64,000 bases of DNA from the human T2T-CHM13v2.0 reference genome, Homo sapiens: the NCBI RefSeq assembly GCF_009914755.1, contig NC_060926.1; one strand, written 5' to 3'. The translations under genes were made by a program, and so were the position numbers. The notes below the pieces were generated by a model. It was not told the DNA's origin. It did not search any database and saw only the letters and a program-made list of their open reading frames with translations. Positions 14,086-32,651 of this stretch are shown one piece after another (position 1 is the stretch's first letter; every line of letters starts with the position of its first letter).

Positions 14086-16006
14086 GTTTTGGTTTTGAAA
14101 TAGGCTATGTTTAGATGCAGAGGGAAGCAAAGAAACTGGTAAGGATGTGGTAAAATTACCACATCCACAAGACAACGTTTATTAAGTACTGAAATATTCC
14201 TTTATGAAAGTTAACTCTTGCCATCCCTTTTATCTTTCACATTTAGAGTCTATATTATCACAACCTTGTTTTTCCTTTGAGTCAGCATTGTGATCATTCT
14301 GGACGTGGGGTCCCACACACCCTGTCTCTGTCAGTAAGATTATGATTAAGATCAAATAGAAATAGGTCAGGAGAGAAAAGAGCTCCCTGGCCTTATTCTC
14401 CTCAAACTAGCTGATGCTCCTGAATACCAACCTCTTTAAGAATTGATATTTCAAAGGACAACTCCTCTCTGTGGTCTTCTGTCCTCTCTCCCCTACTTTA
14501 TGCTCTGTGCATAGCAGCTGTTCAGGACATCGCCCGAGCGCAGGGGCACTGCAATCAGAAAAGCGAGTGAGGGACACAGCAGGAGAAAGCTGTTCTGGGG
14601 CTAGTGAGTGGGAGACGGGACAAACAGCTAGATAGCAACGTGATGGCTTCACCATGGGGTGAAGCGTGGGGGAGAGTATCAATTACCTAGATTTTAAAAA
14701 GAGAGCCCTTGAACACCTCTGTCACTGGTCACTTTTACCAAAGCCTTCTAACTTAACGGAAGGAGATGCTGCACTTTAAAGAAAAATCACAGCTGCGGAA
14801 GACAGTCTTGCAAAGCCAGTTTTTGTGGCTTAGTATTTTGGGGTAGCTTGTTTCATGAGGGTCAGATTAATTTTCTAATGTTGTTTTCTACCTTAATGTT
14901 ACTGCTTTAATCATTAGAATGCCACCAGTTCCTTCAGGCAATAGGAAGCTATTGAAGATTTAATGAGATTCATACTGCTTATGCTTAAATGTTGATGACT
15001 TCCTGCATGCATATTAATCATTCCTGACCTTGATCTCAAATTCCTTCCCGGTACAAATTCTCATTAAACATACCTACTAGATCTCCCAGTGTTCACTGAA
15101 TACCTGGTTTGTTTCCAAAAGTACATAAAAGAACATTAAGTCTCATGTTCGGTATGTGTCAAATGTTCAGTTCCCTTGTCTGATTTGTTTTCCAATTCTT
15201 ATTGTGACTGTAAATCTGGAGAATTTAGGGGAAGAAAAATCAGTAACTCTTAACAGGGGATTTAGCCTAGTTTACAAGAGTATATGATCTGTGCAGCAGA
15301 CCTTGAACACAGCTAATTGCTTGTCTAGGTCAGTATGTCCAACTGGCAACTCTCAGAGCCCATCCAGGCCACAGAGCATTTCCGGGTGGCTTGTGTGTGC
15401 GCTCCGGCTGTCGAGCAGCAGGACTTGGCTTCTGTCCCCGGCTTCGTTGGCCCCATCTTTTAGTTCAGGTCCACCCCCTCCTGCCTCAGAGGCCTGGGAA
15501 ACCCAGCCTGGCCACCTGGTGTCCTCATGCCCAGCATCTACGCATCTGCCCCAGTTGTCCCCTCAGCCACCTTGGCAGATTTCTTGACTTAACAGTTCTT
15601 CCCTGAACTAGGACCGGGGGCAGGAGTTATTAGAGAAGGGAGAGGAAAGGTGACAGGTCTCAGGAGTCTGAGGGAAGATGAAAGTGAGAGCGAAGTAGTG
15701 TGGGAGAGAGGGGGATCACATCCATGGGAGAGAAAATAAATATGTCAATATTAGGGTGGTGAGGCCTGTATACAAAGACAGGATGGCAGGGAGAAGAAGT
15801 AGGCAAGGACATAAAGGGGCTTGGGTATGCAGATGCTGGTCACTGAAATGAGGAAGAAAGGAGGGAAATTTGCGTGTGAAAGAGGCCACATGTGAGAGAA
15901 TAGAGAGAGCAAAATGACAGCTTTGCTTGGCAGAACGTGACCATGCACAGCATTGGGAGACACAGTCTGATGAAGCATTTTTTCCAATTTGTAAATATAT
16001 TTATAA

Positions 16007-16617
<611 letters not shown>

Positions 16618-16836
16618 CAGAAATTTATTATTATAAAAACACAAAGAGATATATACTTAGCATATTACATTACATTGGGATTATTTTAGGTTGTCCCAAA
16701 GGTGTAGTCATTTGATTCAGAGGCATAGCCTGCTTCTGACATGTTGGTTGTTTAAAATGTGGCCTGTTCTGACCAAGAAGTTGGACAGTATTGGTTTTGA
16801 TGACTATCTTGCCACTTATTTTTTACAATGTGGTAA

Positions 16837-17157
<321 letters not shown>

Positions 17158-17368
17158 TAGTTTTTCATCTTTTTAAAGCACATTTCCGCTGATATAATTT
17201 GACTGGATAGGTGAAAAGATATCCATTTTGCAAAGTAGATTTTTTATATTTAATGATCAAAATCTTTATCTTTTAAAAACAATTTTTATAAAATAGCCAC
17301 AAAATTTCATACCCTTTAACTTATTTACTTAATTCCACTTCTAGAAATCTATATTTAGAAAATAATTA

Positions 17369-17633
<265 letters not shown>

Positions 17634-17859
17634 TAATTAGAGATGCTGCCAAAGATTTAGGTTCAAGAATGTTTATTACAGTGTCGCTTATATTAATATT
17701 AGCAAAGAACTGGAAATAGTCTAAATGTCCAATAAAATAGAGAAATGATTCAGTAAATTATGATTTATTCATAAGTTGAGATGGGCTGTTGTATGGTCAT
17801 TAAAATACTGCCTATTAAACTATTATACTTCCTCCAGTTTATTCTCCACACTGCAGTCA

Positions 17860-19290
<1,431 letters not shown>

Positions 19291-19449
19291 TTGTGTGGTT
19301 CTTTAATTCCCAGATCCCCTCTGGACTTGGTCTGTTTCCTTTCTTTTCTGGAGGAGTTCCTCAAGTTTCTTCTCTATCCCTTCAATTGAGGTTTTCATTT
19401 CTGTTGCCATATTTTAAATCTCCAAGAGTCTGTCTTGTTCCATGAAAGG

Positions 19450-19453
<4 letters not shown>

Positions 19454-19487
<34 letters not shown>

Positions 19488-19660
19488 TTTATATATATAC
19501 ACATATATAAAACCTTTCATGGAACAAGACAGACATATATATGTGTATATATATGTGTATATATAGGTATATATGTATATATATGTGTATATATATGTAT
19601 ATATGTGTATATATGTATATATGTGTATATATCTAAAACCTTTCATACATACATATATAT
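19454..19660. repeat. (CA)n / (TA,TG)n compound microsatellite with an embedded inverted repeat
   Basis: Read directly from the sequence. Confidence 0.9.
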
Positions 19661-20057
19661 AAAAGGTGGCTCACGTTCACCTGTATTAAACTGTAAGTTC
19701 CCTCAGGGTAAGGACTGTGCTTTTTTCATCCCATGAGTGGTAAGTGGTAGATTTCTGACTAACAAAATTACCAGACATGAAGTATGAGGGCAAAAAAAAG
19801 TTAAAGGAAAAATTAGGAATATGGACAAAAATGTGATTCATGGATAGTCTTCAAAGATTAACAGTGTTGTCTTGCCCAGAATTTAATAGAGAAAAAAAAA
19901 TGGACTTGCAGAAAAACTTGAGGCCCTTCAAGCTGTCATCATATCAGAGGTGATAAGACCCAGTGAACTGTTTGAGAAATTGGGTAATTGTCACTAGGTA
20001 AAGGAAAAGGATTGAAAATTAGATAAGGGTTAGTCCCACAAAAGAAATTTTAAAACT

Positions 20058-20442
<385 letters not shown>

Positions 20443-21113
20443 TCAGAAGTCCAAAGTTCAAATACACATCTACCCTTGCTGCCTCTCTTGTAGATTAGGG
20501 CATGACCCTATAAGATTAGAGAACAGGAGAGGAGACAACAGGAAACAAGCAAAAAAAGACCAGAAGCTGAAAAGCAGATAATAGGAAGTAAATGGCAGCA
20601 GAACCAAGAAAACATAATCCTGTTCAGGTGGTAGAGAAAGCAAGAATTCCCAGGAATCAACTGGTGGCACCAGGTATCTCTTGATACAAGAGTGAAGTGG
20701 AACTAAAACGAAGAACTGCTAACCTCCAGATCTCATACTCTACAAAATGTAATGACTACCCCTCTACCATTCTGGCAGAATTATTCTTAGGAGAGAGTAA
20801 AACACTCTCAAGAGAGAATAAAACAGAGAGGTCTCTGACTGGAGAAGGCTAGCAACATAGTATCCCGGTTAAGCGTGGGGTACTATGATGAGTGATGAGG
20901 GAGATTAAGTGAACAACTGCATACTTGGATGCTAGGACACCCCCCATCCCCCCCTCACCCCACCGCCACCTGCTGCGGGCTATTACCTTTCTGCCCTCCT
21001 ATTTATCTTCCAGAATGTAGGTAAATTTCACCAATTTCTCCACTAAAATTCTTTTTGTTTTCCAGGATCCAATTCGGTATTCCACAATGTAATTTAGTTG
21101 TAAAGTCTTCTTA

Positions 21114-21530
<417 letters not shown>

Positions 21531-21630
21531 ATTCAGAGACTACACAGAGAAGAAATTTTCTAGAAAACTATTAATAATATACTCAAGAAAAATTTTCCAA
21601 CCGCAAAACAAGAATAGAATACTATTTTTA

Positions 21631-21760
<130 letters not shown>

Positions 21761-22137
21761 TATTGTATATATATAAAATATATACATATTATATATTTCC
21801 AAGGAGGAAAGGGCCTAGAGACTATATATATGTATATAATCTCCAAGAGGCCAGGTGCAGCGGCCTCTTCCGTCAAGCCTTAGCACCTATAAACTTTATA
21901 AAACCTACTCTCTGTGAATTGTGCATGCCACTAATCTTCATCTAGCAATACATTTCTGCTCATTCTTTAAAATTCATCTCAAGTACCATTTGATTTAGAC
22001 GAGCCACCTCTTGGTTCCAGTGGCTTCCTGATCATACCTCTAGTGCTATATTGTAACCATCACTTAATTAGTTCATGATTTTTTCTCTTCTAGACTATAA
22101 GTTACTTGAACATATGGATTTGAGTCAGTAGGTATAG

Positions 22138-22494
<357 letters not shown>

Positions 22495-22769
22495 TAACCT
22501 CAGTTTTAAGTGGTTTTTAAAATCTACTTCAACTCTGAAATATCAAGGCTTTTCCTCCCTGCAATTTAACTGGTATTGGGGAGGGCAGGTAAAGCTTTCG
22601 GGTAGTTGATTAAAAACAACAACAAAAAAAGCAGGGGCCGTCTTCTTTCGTGCCCACAATAAGAGCTTATACTGAAATGTAGAGTAAGGTAGATAAGTAG
22701 AAATAAGATAAATACCCTTATTTCATTTAACAGTGTTTGCACAATGTGTCCAATTTTTATTCACTAGTT

Positions 22770-22945
22770 CTAAAACTATTGAGGGCTTACTATATGCCAG
22801 ACACTGTTCTAGTCATTGGGAGTACATCAACACAGACAAAACCCCCTACCCTATAGGAGTTTGCATTGGTAGGCAATAAGCAAATAAAATAAGTAAAGCA
22901 AAGTATTTTAGAAGGTGATAAGTATTGTGGAGAAAATAGAACATT
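22770..22945 (-). mobile_element. L2 3' fragment
   Basis: TATTGAGGGCTTACTATATGCCAGACACTGTTCTA. Confidence 0.65.
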
Positions 22946-25113
22946 TAGGGGAGCTTTCTTTTATTTGTCAGTGTTTAGTAATAAATTACTAGAGAGAGTA
23001 ATTTTTAAAAATTTGAGCTATTTAAATAAGCCATACTTTAAAAGGCAGGATTTAACCTACATCTAATCAGAAGAGAACTTGGGATTTGCAAAATTCAGGT
23101 CTGGTTTCCTGTTATAAAGTTGACAGTAAATGGCTTTCCCATTATGTCAATAGGAATGAAATAATTTAGTGGCTCAGGGAATTGCTTCCAAGGAGTCAAA
23201 AGTAAATTGTGTTTATATAATTTTTTTTACTACTATTAAAAAAAGCCACAAACCAGAAAAAAATTGTTTTGTACTTGTCTACAAGGCAGAGTTAATTTTA
23301 TTATTAAAAAAAATCCTATACTCTAAAACCTCTTCTATTATCTCCTCACTTCTTCGTTTTAATTTTTTGTTTGCATTTTCACGTTTAGGTAAAAAGATAT
23401 TGGTCCTTTTAGGATATATGGGGATAGAATTATATGAGGAAGCACAGGACTCCCGGTATGGAATGAGGAAGCTGGAGATTTGAGCTTAACCTCTCTGGGG
23501 TGCTTAGAACTAAGTAAGAGAAGCAGTCTGTTTCTGCAGGGAAAATCACTTCTCCATCTTTACTCTCAAATAACTTACTTAATCAAATGGTCTAATGTTT
23601 CATTGTAAAGAGTCTTAAAAGTCAAAATTAATGTCACCTGCAGAGTAAGCTAAACGAGTGATGAGCTTTGTTTTGCACAGCAGTTGAAACTGATTTTCAA
23701 AGTCCCACCAAACAGTAAAAGACTTTTCTTGCATTTCTGAAAAACTAGAACTGTGTGGTGATTCTGAAGACTGTCAGTTCCTGTGGGGTGTTTACACAAA
23801 GGTACTTTTAAATGAAGAGTCATTTTTAGAGCAATTAGAGAAAAGGCTAGACAGAGAAGAGCGGCTCAGGGGCTTGGCAGGTCGGGGTTAAGGTTTATTG
23901 ACAGGACAGGGTCAGGCGTCTGCTTAGCCACCACTGCCCCGAGTACCTGCCCTCCGGATACACCCAAGACCTCCCTGGCCTTGGCTCCCTGCCATAGGCC
24001 AAACTCCCATGCAGAATGAGGAGAGGGGAAAGGAGGAAGAGGAGAGCAAGTTCTGCTGGTTCAGTATTGAACTGCAAGTATGAAAATGTTTGTGTATATT
24101 TTTCTGGCCCAGATGTTGTGTTAACATTAGGAAGAAGAAACTTTAAAACAAAGAATTGTCTGTTCTTTCAACTTTGTAGTTTGCAGTTTGCATCCTGAAG
24201 AAAGAAATTGCCTAGCTAAAGTAGTCTTTTAATTTCATTTTTTAGTTTTGAGTTACAGGTTTCTGGCAAGCTCCCTGACCACTACTGTTACCTGGTGGCG
24301 CCTATATTTCATCAAATTTAGACATGCAGACTACCTGGATCCAGGCCCAGATGAACTGTTGTGACTGATAAACATGATCCCACCCTGCCCCCATGCAGAC
24401 TCCTGCTTTTCCCTTTAAGGGAATCTAAGACGTTGAGTCGCCGGATCCCCAAGGGAGTTAAAGAAAAATGTCTTCCGGCATTCACATTTGCTCTGTGGTT
24501 TTCTTGAGCTGCATCTCTGCTTGCCCAGAGGCTGGTGAACATCCCAGCAGTGCCCTGACTTCTCCAGTGTTGGTAACTAATGGAGGGAAATTTTTTTGTT
24601 TTTAATAAAAACAAGCAGAGACATCTATCAGTACTCACAGACAAGGCAGAATTTGTTTGACATCTTGTGATTGCTGCGTACAAAAAGAATGACAGCAGTT
24701 ATTAAACAAATAAGAAAAAAGATGCTGTTTATTGATAGTTTTCAGATATCCTAAGAATATTTTTAGTAATCTTACTGCCTTTGCTTGCATAAGTAAAAAA
24801 AGTGGAATTGTTAATTTTTGCAATCTGGGTTGTATTAGATTTGGAATCATAATAAAAATGTAAATATTAAGCAAATATGTGCTGTTTAGCTATGTAACAT
24901 ACTCGTGGCTTTTCCTTTTATTAGAATTTATTTCAAATACTTGTTTTTAAGATGGTAAGGTGAGTATTAGCAGTCAATGCAATTAAACTTAATTGCATTT
25001 TCTATATGAATTGTTTTTGTCTCTTTTTAAATGTATTTATGGTTCTTTTTCTCCATACTAGCTATTCCTATAGGTTTGTCTTGACAAAAAATTATAAACA
25101 ATTGTTTGTTTGC

Positions 25114-25430
<317 letters not shown>

Positions 25431-25714
25431 CTAAAGTCACAAATTTGATTTCAGTTTCATTTGGAAATTTTAAAATGAAAAATTGGGACACAGTCAAGTG
25501 GGAAAAGCATTTAAACTGTTCAGTGACTGAACTTTCGTTTTCATATCATGTTAATGTGATCTAAAAAAAATAATTTCTTCCTGGCCTAAGTTACCCCACT
25601 TGAGGATTGTTACAGTGATTTCAATCCCTGACCTCACCAGATGATGTGGAAGCATCAGGCCACATATTTTTATAAGTACTGGGTGAGGGCAAAGATTTGC
25701 TTGGAAGGGAGGAG

Positions 25715-26440
<726 letters not shown>

Positions 26441-26961
26441 AAAATGAAGGTACTGGTTTTTGCTCATTTAAGGATCTGTGTACCTCCATTTTAAATCCCC
26501 TCCTTAATTCAAAATCAGACCACTTGGATTAATACCAAAAAGGGGAAGGGTGTGAAAGTAGCCATTTAGATAAACAGAAAAATGTACCCACCTCATACTT
26601 TCTCTAGTTACCTGCTGAAAGACCATTACCAAGCATGGAGGCCCAGGGGGTCTTTACAAACAAGAATAATTCTGAGAAACCCAAACCACAAAGCCCAACC
26701 AATGACCTCTCCAGGCAGATAAAAATTGGCCTCCAGAACCCTAACCATGAAAAAAGACATGACTTCCTACATGTAATCTTCACCAATGGCAAGCAGGTAA
26801 CCCCCCGCTATATACCTTATACTAAGACCCTATGGAATGAAAATGGGCTTTTGGTTTTCAGCCAAATCCCCAGGATTTGGCCATGAACACCTCCACTTTA
26901 TCAGAATGCCAAGCTATTTCTTACATCCTGATAAAGCCTCCTTTTTAAAGACATATAGATT

Positions 26962-26975
26962 GTGTGTGTGTGTGT

Positions 26976-27010
<35 letters not shown>
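26962..27010. repeat. (TG)n microsatellite
   Basis: Read directly from the sequence. Confidence 0.95.
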
Positions 27011-27014
<4 letters not shown>

Positions 27015-27274
27015 AATCTTGAAGGGTCAAAAGGATAAGTTGGTTCTGGTAGAATTTGAGCCAAACTTTTAAAAGCTAATGATAATATATTTTTTAATTA
27101 GGCCATATTGCTCAGTTGATGCTTGAGCAGTAAACTAGAAAATCAAGATTTGAGAGGCTCAGTGATCTCAATTCCTTCAGGGTCTCATAGTGAACTCTGG
27201 CCAGTTAATTTATCTCCAAACTTTGATTTTCTCATTTGGAAAGTGAGAATAAAGCCTGACACAAAATGGCTAGC

Positions 27275-27470
27275 CCATGGTTCTCAAACTTTTGTGTATG
27301 TAGGAATCATTGGTTAAGAAACCTTGGTGTGTGTAAACATAATTTAGTTTATTAAAATAGAGATTCCTGGGTTTCAAACTGGGTTTTCTCAATCAATTGT
27401 TCTAGGGCAGAGCCCAGAAATCTACATTTTAATAAGCACCTAGTGTGATACTGATGCAATTATTGGACCA
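27275..27470. mobile_element. MER5-type hAT fragment
   Basis: TGGTTCTCAAACTT ... CCCAGAAATCTACATTTTAATAAGCAC ... GTGATACTGATGCA. Confidence 0.65.
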
Positions 27471-27549
27471 CAGGATATATGGTGTAGATGTGTTTTGATG
27501 GGTATTATATTAACTGAGAATTTTTTTAGCTTTTTGTTATGGAAAAAAA

Positions 27550-27850
<301 letters not shown>

Positions 27851-28690
27851 TTATGGAAAATTTTAAATATGCATTAGAGAGAATAATGGTATGAGTCTCC
27901 ATGTAAGAGATAGAAGCATCACCCAACATCCATCAGATTTTTTTTTAAGAGTCTGGGTCGCTTCGTTGCCCAGGCTGGAGTGCAGTGACACAGTCAGCTC
28001 AGTGCATCCTCAAACTCCTGGACTCAGCGTGCCTGTCTTCACAACTTCAATAATCTTGATTCACTTTGACATTCACCCTTTCCTGCATCCCTCCTCCAAG
28101 GTGATATGTAGAAGCAATTGTTAGATATATCATTACATCTAGTAAATATTTTAGTAGGCATCTCTAAAATATTAAAATATAAGTACTCTTTTAAAGATAT
28201 ATGATGGTTAAACCTTACCAAATTTGAGAGTAATTTCTTAGTATCAAATATGTCAGTGTCTAGATTTCCTTGATTATCTTTTTGTTTGTTTGTTTCAGTT
28301 GTTTTGTTAGAATTAGGAACCAAACATATTCCCATGTTGCATTTGGCTGATATGTCTCTAATCGTTTATTCTATAGGTTCCTTCTCTCTCTGTTTTTCCC
28401 CTTGTGGTTTATTTGTTGATGAAACCAGGTCATTTGTTCTATAGATTTTCTCAGTCTAGATTTCGCTTTTTGGGTCCCCATGATGTCATTTACCTTTTTT
28501 TCCCCTCCTGTTTCCTGCAAATTGGTGGTTCCATCACTTCCCTCCTGAAGTATGATCAGATTCAAGTTCAGTTTTCTGGCAGGAATACATCACAGATAGC
28601 GTCTTGTACATCTTTCAGGAGGCACACGTTTGGTTGTCTCACTTTTTGTCATGTTAGCACCATTGATGGTCATGGCTGAGATCCTTTATT
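27851..28690 (-). mobile_element. L1MC-like fragment containing an Alu fragment (~27940-28030)
   Basis: TAATTTCTTAGTATCAAATAT, GTTGCATTTGGCTGATATGTCTCT, GAAACCAGGTCATTTGT. Confidence 0.6.
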
Positions 28691-29476
28691 TCCTTAGGGA
28701 GAGCCCCATATTTTAACTTAGTGAGTAGCTCATGAATCTCTCCCCTTCATCATGGAGTTTTTTCTTTTCTAAGTTAGACTTCTAGAGCTTTCACAGATTT
28801 CACAGTGAGCCCATAGCGCCTACCTAGACATTCTGTTTGCTGTAGAAACCAGAAAGGCTTTCTTGCTCTCATATCTTAGTTTAATTTACACAATATAGTA
28901 ATCTTTAAAATTTGTCCTAGTGTCCCCCAAATTTGTTTCTATTTCTGAGACATGTTAAGATGAATGGATGACAGAACAGAAAGTTGAGGGCTCTAGAGTG
29001 AAATCACAGTTGCAGGTAAGTTGACGAGGTGCAAGTACAAATAAGACACAGTCACCAATTCTGTACCAACATCCTATCCAGAGGGAAGGGGATAAATTTT
29101 TATTATCTATATTTACTTATTTTGTCCTGACAGCAAACATAAGGTTTCTGGGTCAGGAGCAGACAATTATGACTTAGAGCATTAACTAAGTCAATTCCCC
29201 ATACCCCAGTACCCTCCTTCAGGGCAACATAAAGGGGTCTAGAAGAAGAGGGCCTGGAAGAATGAGGTTGGATATGCCAAGATTACTCCAGGAACTGAGA
29301 ATGAATGGAATCATTCCTTTATTCAGCAAACCCACTGATTGTCGGCTGTATGCCAGACACTAGGGTAGATGATAAATACTAGAAAACTCCCAACCTAACA
29401 CACAAAACCATATGCCTCTGTGTCTAGAGTTAGGCATCAGGTGTCATCTTGTGCTTATAGGTAAATCACATACCCA

Positions 29477-29812
29477 CAGTTACATGCCCTGCAATGACAT
29501 TTTGGTCAACAATGGACTGCATATATGATGGCAGGTCCCATAAGAATATAATGCTGTTTTTACAGTACCTTTTCCATGTTTAGATACACAAATACTTACC
29601 ATTGTGTTCCAGTTGCTGACCATATTCAGTACACTGACATGCTATACAGGTTTGTAGGCTAGGAGCAATAGGCTATCCCATATAGCATAGGGATGTAGTA
29701 GGTTATACCATCTAGGTTTGTGTAAGTACCCTTTAGGATGTTCTCACAATCACAGATCACCTAATGATGCATTTCTCAGAATGTATCCCTGTTGTTAAGT
29801 GATGCATGACTG
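29477..29812 (+). mobile_element. Tigger3a (MER7A) DNA transposon
   Basis: TTTAGATACACAAATACTTACCATTGTGTT; CCATCTAGGTTTGTGTAAGTAC; ends GCATGACTG. Confidence 0.88.
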
Positions 29813-30254
29813 TATTTGTGTGTGTAAGGATATGAGTGTGTATGTGTATTTATGATTTTGTACGTGTACACGTGTGTATGTCATATTCCCTTCTGACTTA
29901 ACATTATAATTTCTGAAAATCTTTTTCTTCATTTTTAATTTGTCTTCAGTTGTCGTTTGTGCTAAAGTTTGCATGAAGTTTTCTTATCCCTCACTTTCCA
30001 GGTAGCAGTGGAATTTACTCTCTACCTTCTGTTGTGTCTGCTCATGTGACAAGTTCTTTTGGTAAGAAAGTAAAGTCTAAACTATAAAAGTTAAACTCTG
30101 AAAGAAGAAAATTCAGGTGCAAAGTGACAAGGATTTCACCAGACTGAAGAGACCTAAAGAAAGGGAGGGCCAGATCCCTCAGCTGCAAGTCTCTTGATTT
30201 GGTGAGGGATTAAATGTGCTAGGTCCCCTGGTACTAGTGGGGGCTGGGGTTTCA

Positions 30255-30700
30255 GACCTCACGGAGTTGCCATTCTGATGGGGAAACAATAGACGCAATT
30301 AGACAAACAAACATGATAACTTCAAAATGAGAAACGTGCGTTTAGGGAAATAAACAAAGCTAAGAGGGTGCCAGTAACTAGGGGGGACCACTTTAGAGAG
30401 AGAGGTCCCAGAAGGCCTGCTGATGAAGTGACATTTGAGCTGAGGCTCAAAGGCCATGAATGGGCCAGTGATGTGAGAACTTGGTGAAAGAGCAAATGCA
30501 GAGCCCAGAAAGGGCTTAGTGTCTCTGAGGAGCAGAAAGGGGGCCCCTGTGGCTGGCGGCAGTGAGTGACAGGAGGGTGGAGTGCCAGGAGGCCAGAGGG
30601 AGGTGGGGTCAGACCATTGCAGGCCCTCAAGGCCATAATGGGAAGTTGAAACTATGTTCAAAAAGCAGTGGATAAACATTGAAGAGTTTGAAGCAGGAAA
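30255..30700 (-). mobile_element. L2 fragment
   Basis: GAAGTGACATTTGAGCTGAG; GGTCAGACCATTGCAGGCC. Confidence 0.65.
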
Positions 30701-30756
30701 ACTTAGTAATTATTCTCACCTAGACTTTTTTTCCTACACATGAGCAGACTTCTGTA

Positions 30757-30759
30757 TGT

Positions 30760-30808
<49 letters not shown>
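30757..30808. repeat. (TG)n microsatellite
   Basis: Read directly from the sequence. Confidence 0.95.
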
Positions 30809-30814
<6 letters not shown>

Positions 30815-31339
30815 TAGTGGTAACATGCTGTGTATATAATATGCAACTTGTTTTTCATTTACCAATAATATCTTGGTCATCTCTGAAAGGAAGACTTATA
30901 AAGAAAAATAAGGTTTGCCACGAACTATATAACAAATTTAGACATGCAAAAATGTGAAGCTGTGATGGAAAATTAGTTTCTTAGGAATAAAAAAGGAAGG
31001 AGAGTGCTTGTTTTTAATGTCTGTTATACCTATGAATTCCCTGTAATAATTTAAGGACATTAAAAATGTATTCTAACTTGATTCTTGATTTTCTCATAAA
31101 CTTGCCATGATTAGTATGTTACTTTAATTATGTATTTATTGTTAAAGCATCTTTACACACCATTTTTAGTCTTCTAAAATATAGCAGAGACTGAACAAAG
31201 TAGGAAAATAGAAGAATAAGAATTCAGTAGACATGCATGGTCAAACCATAACAAACCCAAAGATACTGAGACTCTAGAGAGAATGTGTCACCTTTCAAAG
31301 TACTGCTTACTATTGCCAGTAGTTATAAATGTACTTATT

Positions 31340-31663
<324 letters not shown>

Positions 31664-31831
31664 TTAAAATATACTTTTGTGAAAAGATATACCTAAAATC
31701 CCCAGCACATTTTAGTTCTTGCCCATTTACAAAATAGTATATAGACAAAAGCCTGACTAAGAGAAACTGTCAATATTACAGCGAAACAGAGATAGGGATT
31801 GTTTTCTGGTCTTAGAGTTACCATAACATGA

Positions 31832-32651
<820 letters not shown>

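Noticed and set aside
14528-14552. GC-rich CGCCCGAGCGCAGGGGCACTGC as a CTCF site
   Set aside because: Only the 3' half matches the core consensus.
20940-20970. C-rich tract as a minus-strand G-quadruplex
   Set aside because: Only three clear runs, within probable old L1 debris, with no functional context.
21809-21852. Possible inverted repeat GGCCTAGAGACTATA / TATAATCTCCAAGAGGCC around a TA tract
   Set aside because: Too imperfect to distinguish from chance, unlike the 19428 and 4449 cases.
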